Assembly: GCF_037042905.1 (NCBI RefSeq)
Contig: NC_087249.1
Location: forward strand, 30,690,001-30,754,000
Direction of reading: 5' to 3'
Length of the DNA: 64,000 nt
DNA from: Lytechinus pictus
Taxonomy: Eukaryota
A program made the translations under genes and the position numbers. Of this stretch, positions 1 to 13,500 are shown piece by piece. The notes under the pieces were generated by a model, which had not been told where the DNA came from, did no database searches, and worked only from the letters and a program-made list of their open reading frames with translations. Positions within the stretch are counted from its first letter, which is position 1, and each line of letters begins with the position of its first letter.

Positions 1-89
1 ACAGCTTAATGATCAATACAAGCCTTTATCGATGTGGCTTTAGATAAACATCATTCTATTCAGCAATAGAGACTGCTATTGCGCGGGCT

Positions 90-1149
90 GCGCGTTTCCG
101 TTTTACACCCTGGCGAAGGCATTTTCCGGAAAAATAGCCACAAAGCGACTAGTGAAGAGTCTACGTCTACGTTTCTTTACATAATCAGCTGGGCGCGCGA
201 TCCAAAAGTCCGCACCGAAGATATCCGCAGAACATACGTGCAAATGCAGCTTACAGAAGCTTCAGTCTCTGTATTTTGGTTGTTCCGCTGAACTATATAC
301 GTTGGCAGCGCGATTTTTTTAAAACTTTATCGCACATGATCGTTTATATGATTGAATGAAAACAAATAAAAGCTAAAATATTGAAAAATAAAACACATAA
401 ATACCTTTTTTCATATTATATCTATCCTTATATCTATCATATCAGCTGTCTATCCACTATCATGACTATCTATCTTATAAATCAATCTATGGAACTACAT
501 GATATATCTATCTGTTAATTTGTCTATCTACTCTGTCTCTCTCATTCTCTATCTACCTATCTATCTGTCTATCTATCTATCCATCTAACATCTGTCTCTC
601 TTTTATTTCTCTCTATCCATCTATTAATCTACTCATGTGCAATATCAACACTGCCTCGACTTCCCTCGGGAGTCTATTTCCTCAGCTCTACTTTTCCCTG
701 ATTCGATTCAATTACTACTTTATTTACTTGTTACCATTGTTAAACGTCTTGTATTGCATAATGAGTTTTTTTTTCTGAAGGTTGCCTCCTATTCTCTTTC
801 AAATTCCCCCTCTTGCTTTCCCTTCTCTTTGTCTTATCCCAATTTCTTTCCCTTCTCTCACCTCTTTCTTCTTAATCTTTCATTCCGCTTTTTTCTTCTT
901 TGGTGACACTTTGTATTACTTTTGGCCCTTTGTATTTATTTATGATACATTTCTTTTTCATCTGTAGTGAATTTGTATTGTATTTGATATTTATTTATAA
1001 TGTTTACTTTATATTTTGTTATGATTCTATTTGTATGTAAACATTCACTTATTTCAGTCTTTGATCTCAAATTCTCTCTATCTATCCATCTGTCTGTCTT
1101 TTTCTCTCTATCCGTCTATATATCTATCTCTCAAATTATATATATATAG

Positions 1150-1211
<62 letters not shown>

Positions 1212-1731
1212 GTAATTACAGTATCTATCTATCTGTTAATCTTCTCTGTCTCTCATTCTTTATCTATCTATCTCTCTCTCTATCTATCCATCTGTCTTTC
1301 TCTAGTTCTCTCTCTATCAATCTATCTATCTATCTTCTATCTATCTATATGTAACTGCAGTATCTAACTATCTGTTAATTTGTCGCTCTTCTCTGTCTCT
1401 CTCATTCTTTATCTATCTATCTATCCATCTGTCTTGTTTTCTCTCTTTCTCTATTTCTCCTTTTCCGTCCATATATATATCTATCTATCTATAACATCTC
1501 TCCCTCTCTCAAGGTCTCTCCCCCATCTATCTATCTATCTATCTATCTATCTTCTATCTATTTATATATCTATGTAACTACAGTATCTATCTATCTGTTA
1601 ATTTGTCTATCTTCTCTGTCTCTCTCATTATTTATCTATCTATCTAACATCTACCTATCTCTCAAATTCTCTATCTCTCTCTCCCCCTCTCTCTATCTAT
1701 CTATCCATCTGTCTGTCTTTCTCTATTTCTC

Positions 1732-1776
<45 letters not shown>

Positions 1777-1967
1777 GTAACTACAGTATCTATCTATCTG
1801 TTAATTTGCCCATCTTCTCTGTCTCTCTCATTCTTTATCTATCTATCTAATATCTATCTCTCAGATTCCCTCTCTCTCTCTCTCTCTCTCTCTCTATCCA
1901 TCTGTCTATCTTTTTCTCTCTCTCTCTATTTCTCTTTATCCGTCCATATATCTATCTATCTATCAAT

Positions 1968-2027
<60 letters not shown>

Positions 2028-2541
2028 AACATCTCTCCATCTCTCAAGTTCCCCCCCCCCTTCTATCTATCTGTCTATCTATCTATCTATCTATCCATCT
2101 CTCTGTCTTTCTCTCTCTCTCTCCCTACTTATATCTATCTATCTATGTCTCTATCTATTTATCAGTCTTCTATATCTATCTTTCGACATCTAAGTGTATC
2201 AATCCATCAAACTTCAATTTTCTTTCTATTGTATGAATCTGTTTATTTTTATTTTGTCTGTCATTCTATTCATTTAGTTAATAATTTATATTTAGACAAA
2301 AAACTTTTTCTTAACTTTTCATAAAAAAAACCTAACTGCAAAAGCATGTTCGGATTTCACTCATATGACTGCTCTCTGTACATGAAATGCTCTGATCAGT
2401 AACAGTGCAGATTGCATGCGGTGGTGTGGGACTCGCCTGTGTCGCACGCTGCAACCAGCGACGTGTGTAGACTCTTCACTAGTCGCTTTGTGGCTATTTT
2501 TGCGGAAAATGCCTTCGCCAGGGTGTAAAACGGAAACGCGC
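90..2541. mobile_element. Non-autonomous Mutator(MULE)-like DNA transposon filled with (TATC)n/(TC)n microsatellite
   Basis: 75-bp TIRs (90-164 and 2467-2541, one mismatch). 9-bp TSD gcgcgggct/ccacgggct. The empty site is visible in copies 2 and 3 (21362, 30913). Superfamily inferred from the long TIR and 9-bp TSD. Confidence 0.8.
420..2180. repeat. Degenerate (TATC)n / (TC)n microsatellite with higher-order repeats
   Basis: Long runs of tatc/ctat. The submotif tatgtaactacagtatctatctatctgttaat recurs about four times. Confidence 0.9.
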
Positions 2542-2565
2542 CCACGGGCTATGCCATGCAGGAAT

Positions 2566-2575
2566 GGGGATTCCC
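2566..2575. promoter_or_regulatory. Consensus NF-kappaB site GGGGATTCCC in PGRP intron 1 (also 21386-21395 and 30937-30946)
   Basis: Matches GGGRNNYYCC and is present in all three copies. A second kB-like site GGGAAATTTTC occurs at 3263, ~22079 and ~31630. Confidence 0.5.
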
Positions 2576-3483
2576 CCAAACAAGGGTAGTGCGTAATCAA
2601 TAGTGGCATACAAACAAACAGTGGTGTACGTCAACACAAGGTTAAGGATATGATCATGGAGCTCTATAGTCCATGATGATAAATGGAATGGTTTTATGCA
2701 GGCAAACTACTGTGTGTGGCTTGTGCACTGAATTCGCTGGAGCGAGGATTGACTTTCCGCACTTACATATAGACATGCACAGAGGTAATACATTTAGATA
2801 AATCAATTATACAACAGTCGTAATATTAACAATGAAACTAAATATCATCATATAAATCACAAATTGACAACATACAAAAATTGTAGTATCTAAAAATATT
2901 GGAAAAAAAAACGGTAAACGAAATATAAATTAAAATATTACAGGATATAAAATTATCTGCGAAATAAAGACAAATTTATGAATTATAATAAAAGCGATAT
3001 TAAGAGAAGTATACATAAAAGGTGCCCCAGAGGTGTTGAGCGAACTCCTGCGTTCATAGATTAATGTTTTTGTTAAAAAAAGAGTGAAGTTTATACTCAC
3101 ATCCTTATTTTGTTTTAATTATGTATTATGAATATGGTGTTTATATTAGTAGGTTATTTTCTATATAATTGCATGCGTAAACACATTTGATATTATGCAC
3201 TGTGTTATATTTTGAACGCAATAATAAAAGCAAAATAAAAAACATTGTTTGATCTGTACGTAGGGAAATTTTCATCAATTGAAATGGTAATAAAGATTTA
3301 ATATCACTTTTCTTCCGTCGAACTGGGCACTATCCTCATGTCACTTTTGGAAGGAGAGGAGAATACTAAGTACATGCATATACAACCTGATGCCATTGAG
3401 GATTTTATGAATGTTTGTGCGAAGTATACATACCACTTCCACTATCGGACAGTTTTCATTGAATTAAAAAGCTCGATACATAC

Positions 3484-3582
3484 CTTCCAGTGTTTGTGAT
3501 CATTCTGAATATCCTTCCTTCCATCACAGATTGCCTTGCAGACGACAAGAATAAGAACTACTGTTAAATTACACTTCCACAT
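3484..3582 (-). CDS. PGRP: PGRP copy 1, first coding exon (signal peptide MWKCNLTVVLILVVCKAICDG...); remaining exons lie left of the window
   Basis: 99-nt ATG-to-AAG|GTATGT exon near-identical to exon 1 of the two complete PGRP copies. Positions 1-80 match the intron-1 sequence just upstream of exon 2 in copy 3 (30833-30912). Confidence 0.8.
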
Positions 3583-6500
3583 AATTTCGCCGATATCAGT
3601 CACAATATGCCGTGTATCATTCATTCAACTAATATGAGCTAGCTAACAGGAATACACAAGAGATTAAACACAAAAGCTGCATTCGTGTCCCCATTCTTCT
3701 CTTTTTCCCTTATATCGAGCATGTTTTATGTTTGTTCAATACTCCCACGATAATTTATCGCAGAGTACTTCCTTTTTAATCTCAAGTTTTTATTTTTGCA
3801 AAGAGAAGCTAAAAAGAGATCTTTAAATAGATCTATGTATGTAATCGAAACTGCAATGTTGTATTCTAATATACTGATTAGCCTAGCACCTGCAGGATCG
3901 TTGGATAGATTTCCATGGCAGCATATAGGCAGGAATCGTTTTCCTATAGGGGGGGGGGTTAAATTACTTAGAATGTTGAAGCATAATAATACGAGCGAGT
4001 GAGCAATGCGGTCGAGCTGATTGCCAAAGTGTGGTTTTGATAATTGAAATGAATGGGTCTGTTTGCACAATATGGGTAACACTTAATGGAAATTTTCGAC
4101 GGAAAGGTAAGTTTGCGAATTTTAAGGGGGGGGGGGCAAAATAATAATTAAAAATCAACATAGCATCAGGCCGACTAGATTATTTTAGATCCTTGTGTTT
4201 TGACAGACGCGGATCACAGGGAGCGGGGTACAATGTATACATAAATCATTCCAAATATTTCCCAGTGGTATGAACTGAGGGAGAGGGGCTGACAGAAAAA
4301 AAATGAGGGGTAACCTTTTCTGGTTTGCATATTTTAGGAGAGAGAGGACAAAGGTTACTGTTGGATGTGATATTAATTTTTTGTCAGTAATTTATATTTA
4401 TAGACACACCCCCTCCTTGACAACATGCATTCGCACTAGTGTCCATGTAAATACAATTTGGTAAAGACTGGAATCGTAATATATTTTTTATGGAAAAAAT
4501 AACATTATATACATTTGATGAAGTGTAAGCAATACAATATAATCTTCGTGTGATATTTTGAAGGTAAGGCACGCATTTATTACGAGTGACTGTTTGTGCC
4601 GAAACGACAATGACGGAAAGTTTATACAGTAGGCCTACATAAATCAGCAAAATAAATATCGTTACTTCTACTGTAATAATATCATAAACATGATAAATAT
4701 AGATGGATTAGGAATGGAATCCAGAATCAAGACATGACAGAAGTGTCTAACAATAATTTTGATTTTTTTCGTCTCTGAGACCCCCCCCCCCATAAGTTTG
4801 TCACTCAAAATGTGTGTCAATTTCTCAAGAATGCAAGGGAAAATGGGTTCGATTGTTAAGGGATTATTTTTTTATAAAAATGTTTTAGAAAACTATAACA
4901 CGGTTAAAGGGGCACTTTAAAAGGGTAGAGAAGCGAGCCAAATTTGGGCTATAAAGGGAGGGGCACAAGCCTTTGCTTATGACATGTATTCAAATTCCAA
5001 ATATTCTATTTTTGCAGGTCTTTTAAGGTATATATAGAGATACGACATAATGCACTGAACTATATTGCAGGCAACAAAGATGGGAGTAATTGAGAAATAA
5101 TAATTTAATTTTGTAGTCTACCAATAACTTTAATTATCTGATGGGCGAGGGGAATATAAAACCAAGGTGGTAATAGTAAATGAACCAATATTGTAAATAA
5201 TGGATAAAGGCATATTGGCAATTACGTAATAATTAATGGAAATGACTGTTTGCTTTTGTGTTTAGATTTAACGTCTTCGCTGAAATGGGGAATTTTTAAA
5301 AACAGTAAAACGTTGGCATTCATACAGTAATGTTTTATAAAATCAGTCAAAAGGGGGGTGAATATGGTAAAGATTTTTGCATTATTCTGGTTGAAAAATA
5401 AGAATGATGAAGAGCTATTAAGTTGCCATTCTGTAATACTCAAATTAGCAATCATATGCATCCATTTTTTATCGACAATAAATGTAAGAAAATCGTCTTT
5501 TCTTGGTTATTGATAAAGATTCAGCGCATAATGGCAGATCCAAGGGGAATGATATCTAAGGAAAGAACAAAGCGCCCCCTCCTGGATTTAATTTCTCTTC
5601 TCAACCAATATTTAAATGCATTTTTCTTTCAACCTTTACGAAAAATACATAAGCTCGATGCAAAATCCATTAATCTCAATAAAAAGTTCGATCCCCATTT
5701 TCGGCCCAGAAACTCGCGACTCTTGCGAAATTTACGTAATTAGCATAATTAGCATAATTCACCATTTTAGAAACTTAAAGGAATCATTGATTATACGGTA
5801 CCCTTTGTGGGTTCTTTTTAGTGCTCAGTTACCTGAGTACAGACTATTTGACAAATAAATTTTCGTCACACTGATCGGGAAATGTTTTTTTTTACCCAAA
5901 AGTACCCAAAATATTCAGCCATCGCCACAATATGGCAAAAATAGCCCCTAAGAATAAAAATGTATTCCTTTCCTGGATCAAGTAAATACATGCATGTAGA
6001 TTTGTAAATGAATTATGACAGCATAATTAAAAAAAATCATGGCATAGATAAGAAAAATTTTAAGAGGAGGCTGCTGATTAGCTAAAAGTCTGATTATCAA
6101 AACATTCTCATTTTCTGCCATTTGGTGCAAGCCTTATTTTTAACCCCTGACAAAAAATGTTCGTGTTCGCTCAAGCACAAACGACACTTGTTGTTCTAAA
6201 AGCATTTAAAGATAAGATTTAAGAGCATCTATTAACATAAAAAATAGACATCATAATTTCAAACAAAATTTTGATAGACTTTTCTGTCTGTCCTGTTTTT
6301 ATTGATACGCACTGTATAATGGAATTAATGAATAATAATTTCTCTATAGATAGAATTCTTAGTCAGATACCATGTATTATTCATCTTATTTCTATCTCAC
6401 TTCCTCTTTCTTTGTTCATTTCTTGTTTTTGTCTGTCTGTTTCTCTCACTCTGTCATGTCTCTGTCTTCTTCCTTACCTTCAAATTCCTCTTTCTTTTCC

Positions 6501-6698
6501 CTGATTTCCTTCATAATCATCTTCTCTTTTCCTACGTTACCCACACCCTCTGTCACACACACACACCTTATCTCTCTCTCTCTACCTCCCTCCCCCTCTC
6601 ATAACCACCCACACCCCACACACTCACGATTCACCGCTCTGTCACTTTCATTTCTCTCCATCTCTCTTTTTCTTTCCCTCTTTCAACATCTAACCCAG

Positions 6699-6858
6699 AT
6701 CCCAAACATCTTGGGTAATATAGGTGGGCTGAAAGGGCCTCTTCACCGGCATGTCATTCATCAGTTTGTTTGAAGTCGCCTTTCTACTGCTACGAGTCAC
6801 AAAAATCACTTTCACCAAACTCTTCATGGCCAACCGAGTGAAGTCGATTGCGACCTGA
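6699..6858 (+). pseudogene. Orphan DEG/ENaC terminal (TM2) exon, frameshifted
   Basis: After a pyrimidine tract and CAG it reads IPNILGNIGGL, then has a +1 insertion (ctg aaagggc ctc vs ctg atgggt ctc). Homologous to 51481-51639. No upstream channel exons were found in the unit. Confidence 0.85.
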
Positions 6859-7578
6859 TAGTACGATCTAAGATGGATGGTTGTACAATATCATTATCAA
6901 ATATATTCATCAACTCGTATTATATATGTAGCATAGCAAAATTTCATATAAAACCTTATTCATTACATTACATAGCTATATATATATACATATTTCCGTA
7001 AATTTTGTTTTAAATAGTGCATTGAAAAGCGAAAGTTGTTGGTTTTATTTGGTGAAGCTTTGAGTCAAACAGTAATATCCTATTGTTATTTGTCATAATT
7101 CTTTATAAAAAGGCCTATTTGTATATTTTCTTTGAATTGAATTTAAGTACCATGGAGATAAAACAGAATTGATAAAAATGCTATATAAATCAAGCTATTA
7201 TTATTATATTTTTTATAAACTCCTATTGCACTAAGTATGACTCTGTGATTTATTTTTTAAGTGTTAATAACTAAACATTTCAAATGATTTCCGATGTCTG
7301 CGTAGGATGGTTTTATTTACAATTTTCATATTGAAAAATCAAATAAATATCATTAAAAAAATTACTCAGGCATACTCTCACGAAGTGTACAGTTTGCAAA
7401 ATATAATTTTTCTATTGATATCAGTCATAATTTGCTAAAGGAGCGAAGCGTTAAGTTTCTGGAGAAAATACATAAGAAAGAAATTCTTTATGTTCTTTGA
7501 TTATTAAATAGTCTGATCGTCGTTACGGAAGTGAACACGATGACCTAAGCCTAGTAAGAAGTTGTATTTTTTTGTCTG

Positions 7579-10500
7579 TCACTGCTTTGGTGGAAAATGG
7601 TCTCCGGGTTTCTGTCGAAAGAAAATGAGAAAATGATAGAAAAGAAAGTTATAAAAAAAATTGAAAATTGAGAATTTTATTCTTTAGAGATAATATTCAT
7701 TGATGATTTTTTTTCCGAATGGAGTGTTATCAATTTCTTAGAGCTGAAATAATTTTGAAAAATCCCAAATTGATTGCTAAAAATCTTTTCATCTACTTTA
7801 TCAAAAATATCATGGATCATTCATCTGCATAAAAGTTCGAATGACAGATTAAATAATGTAACCAGGTGATTAAGGTAAAATAAAAAGTAATGAAGCTACA
7901 TAGACTTCACAATTATTGTTTTTTTTTATCAGATTAGTAAAAAAAAACATCTATTCAAGGTGAATATGAAATGAAATTGCAATTTGTTCAACATTTTGCA
8001 TATCAAATTTGACGTTCCATATTCTTCAGGACGTCAGATGTGTATTAATGTTGGGCAACGTATACTGTCCACTGTTTTGGGTAATGTATGTTGGTGCAAG
8101 ATATAAATATATATTCTCGGCAATTATTATCCAATTGAGCAAATTTATTACCCAATTATTAGTTTGTATTACCCAATTTGGACAGATTTTAACCAATAGT
8201 TATGCGGACAGTATGTTTTTCAGGGTTGGTTAAAATTTGGGCATTTTTGCCCAACTATATATATTAAGAGTGTATCAAAAAGAAAATTCCCCTCCCCACA
8301 ACTATCCTCACAATATTATGGATATATGTGGTATTTGGGGCAGTTATTGTTGTTTTCAGATGGGCTTTGGACATATATCATATACATGGATCATTGTTAG
8401 AATATATATACAGTGCGTCCCAGAAAAAACGAAACCGAGATTTAGCGATGATTTATCATAACTTAATCATAAATAAAATAGACAAATGACCTACCAATGT
8501 AAAGCTTAGAATCTCCTCTTTTATCTGGTATTACTTAGATTATTCCTCATTCACGCATGATTGAGCAAAAACAATTCGAAGAAAGGATGCCAAAAACTCA
8601 TTTGGCGGGGGTATCTGAATTTCAAAAAGAAAATCACATGACTAAAAAGTTCAATATCTTCTCTTTTCTTTGATACCTAAATCACAGAAAATGGTCAAGT
8701 AGTAAAAAAGTTACGATCCCTCGAAACAATGCTTGTATTTCCATAATTTCATTAAATAAACGTGTTTTCACCGGTTTCCCACTGAAGCTATCGCACGGTA
8801 ACAAAAGACTTAATGTATTTTAAAGACGACTCGGCGATTTAAAATTAGTCGGAGAACAATGCCAGGTCATGAAGGTATTTGTAATTTGGAATGGCGCGGT
8901 TGACGAGGTGATACGTCACAATGGAGCGCCAGCCTGTTTGGTTTATGCGCACAATGATAATAATTTGTACTGGGCGCAAGGAGCGCGCATGTTTTGGCGC
9001 GCGCGCCTAGGTGTGAAGGCGCGAAAAATCCTTCATTTTAGTCTTGGCTTTCAACGGAGATGAACGTCCAAAATATTCGCTTGTAATTTTTCTTACGACC
9101 TTGCATTTTTGAAGACGTCGTAATCTACAAAGAACAACGAAATCTACAAGAATTTTTTGTTGAAACCATCATCGATAGGGACTCACAACAATTTCGCTTA
9201 TGAAGCTGAAAATGCAGTCCGAATTACTTGATGATGCTCTATTTCTTGCCTGGCCTAACATTAACAATTATAACTCGTCTGCTTTGACTTTGAACCAAGT
9301 TTAATACGACGGGGAGCGACCGTATCGATTACAGCAGTCAGCAGATCGGCTGGGCCCTAACTTTGAGCTGTTTGGTTTCAGCAACGATGGGAACGAATGA
9401 TGAGAATGTGACTCAAGCTGCTAGGTGGAATTCAGTTCATTCGGCTTTTCATAAGCCTGGAATTTTTATTGAGTCTGAGAGTCTTGTCGTTAACGAGCAG
9501 GATTTGGGACTGGCAACAGCCAACCCAGCCAACAAAACATTTGAGCACGGGCCCTGGCACAAGGTTAGAGACTAGGCCTAGGCCTACATTGGCAACGAAA
9601 TCATGCATAAGTTAGACATTGTCGGCGACGCCATGATACAGTCGACTATGATTCATCATGATCACCCAATGATATGACTATGAGTATTGAATGTTTGTCG
9701 GAAGTCAGAGGTCCTACTCCTGAGGCTGAGTCCGAGCTCTCGAGTCTGCTTGTGGGAGGTGAGGCGACGGTCTGGATTGGCAGACGGAACGGGGAACGGG
9801 GTACTCGTGGTCGGTACCACTACCAGACAATTCACAAGTTCCAGTCTCTACAAGACCTAGCCTATCCGGTGAGTACGAAGCAGGAATAGATCTAGGCTAG
9901 ACTCAGTCTAGATTTAGGTCTACGGTTTAGTGTCAAATAGTATAGGCCTAGTAGGTCTAGGCCTAACGCTAAGCCTATTGATGTAGTGCTAACTTAGTCT
10001 TAGAGTTAGAGTAGAAGTTAGGCTTAAATGAATCGTAGAAGAGGCCTGCTTTGTAACGAGCAGGTAGGCCTGTCTAGGCCTGGCTTTAGATTTCGAACAA
10101 AATCATGTTCTTATTGGTCAGGAGTTAATAGGCTCTGAGTCCTTTTCATTTCAATTTCATGGCCCGTCAACCCCCCCCCCCCGTTTTCACGTTAGAACGC
10201 GAAGATCCTATTACCAACCATAGGCCAGGCATAAGACTAGTTAAGGTAGTCAGGCAAACATGGTTCGATGGGGGGGGGGGGGCTATTTGGCTTGTTAACA
10301 CAATTGGGGTTTAGATTTGAATGTAGGTCATATGTCAAGCCATAATAAGACATAGCCTAGCTTGGACTTGGCCTGGAATTAATTTTAAATTTGGTCCAAG
10401 CGGTTTATACGATCATGATGGAAAAGGGAGGGGTTATCGTCATAATTCAAACACGGGCCTAGGCCTGTTCCTACTTGACGACTTGTTTTAGTGTCTGAAC

Positions 10501-13500
10501 TAGGTCACTAGGTGTGTCATGGTGATTTTTAAAATGAGTTCAACAATTTTATTAACGTTAATTACCGTATCGTATTAGGTGTAGGCCCTAGTTCATGGCT
10601 GTGATTAATATGGATGTAAATACATTTTCACAGCCGGTGGTTTGGAAATTGGGGTTAGTCTCCTCAGTATAGGCTATGCCTACATTGAGGTTCTAAAACT
10701 TCGGCCAGAATCGATGTATATTTACGATGGAAAATCAAAGAAAAATGAAGTCTATAGAGGCCGATATGAAATTGGTTCTAGCATTACAGCTTATTCTAGG
10801 CCTAGTGATGGGCTAGGCTAAAATGTATTTAAGACCATGATTAATTTTAAGCCGCCGTTTTTGGCAAAAATGGTGAGAATAGCAGAGGGTCTACTAGTGA
10901 TTGGCAAAAAGTTCGAATTTTTTCGGTACTGATAAATAACTGAGTTAGAAATGTCACTTTGTCTTTGTTATAAATTTACAAGTAGTCTACTACTAGAACA
11001 GGTACTCGGACTACAATTTAATGGTGACACCACAGAGGAAATTAGGCTAGGTCCAACGTTAGATCTACTTACAGTAGACGCGGTTTTACATGTCTGTTTT
11101 GGGGATAAATCAGCTGGTTCAGTTAGGCCTATAAAAGTAGTATTTGACCTCTGTGACTTTTTCTGGATATTGGCCAGCATGAGCTGTGTTCTCGGTCTAA
11201 AAATTATGTGGATAGACCGGTAGTGGAAGAGCTTATACTAGATATGCATACGTCTAATCAGTTTTTAAATGAACATCTACAGACTGCGACGGGCATGATA
11301 TTATTGTTGAATCAGTCACTTGAAAAGTAGCGGATGTGGCTTAGCATTATGACATGTGATTGTATGGATTTCTTACAGTCTTTTAAAGGAAAATAACTAG
11401 AGTTTATAGTATTGAAAATAATACTATTTATTGCTGATGTTGATGATACAGTGTGATAATGATTATACATTAAATATAAACACCTCCACCTTGCAACAAG
11501 GAGTTCTGTTTATACATTTACGCCTTGAAAGGGGTTGGTTTTTTGGAATTCACTTTGCATGAATTGAATGCCGATGCTTGCTGGAAATGTGAGCTTCACG
11601 TTTCGAGGAAACATGGTACACGTAAAAGTAGACTTACCTTGCACATAATAGTCGGATGTAATTTCGAACTAGCTTGGAATCCCCAAATTAGTTTAGATTG
11701 AAGTCAAGGGGTTCAACGAGCAGTTTGTTATAATATTATAGGCCTCCTAATAAGAAACCTTTATGTAATAGGAGTCGTTTATGTGCGATGATTTTGTGTG
11801 GATTTTATTTTGTGTAAAAGAAATAGAAATGCTTAGGCCCTATTGGAATTGAATTTAATTACTGGTTGTTATATAGCGCTTTATATCAACCTCGAAGTCG
11901 AACTGCTCAAAGCGCTTCACAATTGAACCTAGTTACACCTCATGGTTCAAGGTATGTATCAAATAGGCCTATTTGGCTGGTCAATGATTTGAACTGAGAT
12001 AATATCGATAATATCATTTTAAAAAGAATGATAATTATTATAGATTTGGTATAAATGATCAAGGCGGCAAATAAAATAATAAATAATGAGGAGTTAATTC
12101 CTGGAAGGCATTGAGTGTAAATGGGCATGTGTGGGAAAGTCTGAAATCTTGTAGATGCACCATGCTGTCATTCCCCCTTTGCTTTCGGGGGACACAATAC
12201 GGATGCCTTTAATGCAATAAGCCATGTAGGTAAACTGGCCAATCAAACGAAATTTACCGATTGCACAATCAGGAACCAGGTTACAAAAGTACATCTTCTT
12301 TTTTGGAATTGTACAGCGTGTGAAATATTTTGTTGGTGGCCCGTTGAGTATGAAAATGTTTCCAATGGGCTGGATGCAATAATTTGGCTCGATTATTTCT
12401 GCAGTGATATAGAGGTAAACTGAATACTGAAATAATAATGATAATATATTTCAAAATAATAACAGTTATAGTCATTTGGAACAGATTATTTGAAGCTTAA
12501 TCTGGTTTTGAAATATTGTCTAAGTTGCGACACGCACATGTATGCAGATGATATTGCATCGCTGGTTGGGGTTGTACTGTAGGGAATTGGAAAATTAAAG
12601 TTAAAAATGAAACATAAGGAGCAGGACTACTGATTATTCCGTGAAGGCGGTTTTCAGACGTTTCGGGAAGCTGCTCCTTTCGTGTTAAGCTCATAATTGA
12701 GTGATAAATTGAAAGGGAAAGCAGAGGGACAAACCCGTTTTGGTACGAGATACAGATTTAGGTGTTCTGCCCAGGCTTTTTTCTTGTTTTCTTTTGCAGA
12801 GTCGGCTCTTTGGATAAAATGGATTCAAGCTGACTACTGCGAGGCAAGGTAGGCTGGCAGGAAAGTTTGATGACAATTGGACCTACTATAGTATGACCTA
12901 GAACGCTCCAAGTCTGGCTGCAAAGAGTTTCCCTTTGGTTGGATCTAGTTCCTGACCAGATAGCCTAGAGTCCATGGTAATGGATGTCAATTTTGGCGTT
13001 AATACGCTCTTGTAATAAATAGAAATGAACTGGGTATAGCCTGAGAACTATGCTGCCGGAAATTACCGTAATTGGAGCAGTGGTCAACGTCTTCATCTAA
13101 ATAATTTACCGACAGGTGTGGATTTATAATACGTAGTCCAAGGAATAGAGGTTTTCTTCAGTAAAAAAAACTGGTGAACAAACATCTTAGCCTTCAAGGA
13201 ACAGTATTGCAGCAGGGAAAACAATTTCATGTTTGAAACATCATGATACAGTGGGCTATCTTGAATAATGAGTCCATGATATGAGGATGAGTTCATTATG
13301 ATTTCATTTTCAGACTTTTTATTAGGTCCTCCACATTGTTCACTTGGAAGGGATTGGAACTTGAACATATGAAGAAACCCCTTTGCCTCTTTGTGCTTTT
13401 GCCAACAAGAATGTAACATATTGTTCAGGACAAATATATATATATATATATGGATGTATAAATGTATAAGGCACTTCAAATTTTATTCATTATCCTTTGA

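Noticed and set aside
637-1577. Ser/Leu/Ile/Tyr-rich ORFs
   Set aside because: They are translations of (TATC)n/(TC)n microsatellite.
79-2609. ORFs 79-291 and 2361-2609 sharing RVSVLHPGEGIFRKNSHKATSEEST
   Set aside because: The shared peptide is simply the translation of the two TIRs of the MULE-like element.
3726-4082. 118-aa ORF conserved at 32711-33067
   Set aside because: Conservation is explained by the recent duplication. The ORF is disrupted in copy 2, has no recognisable motif, and lies in PGRP upstream DNA.
12538-12582. MYADDIA as a LINE reverse-transcriptase YADD motif
   Set aside because: It is an isolated motif in a short frame ending in a stop, with no other LINE RT motifs around it.
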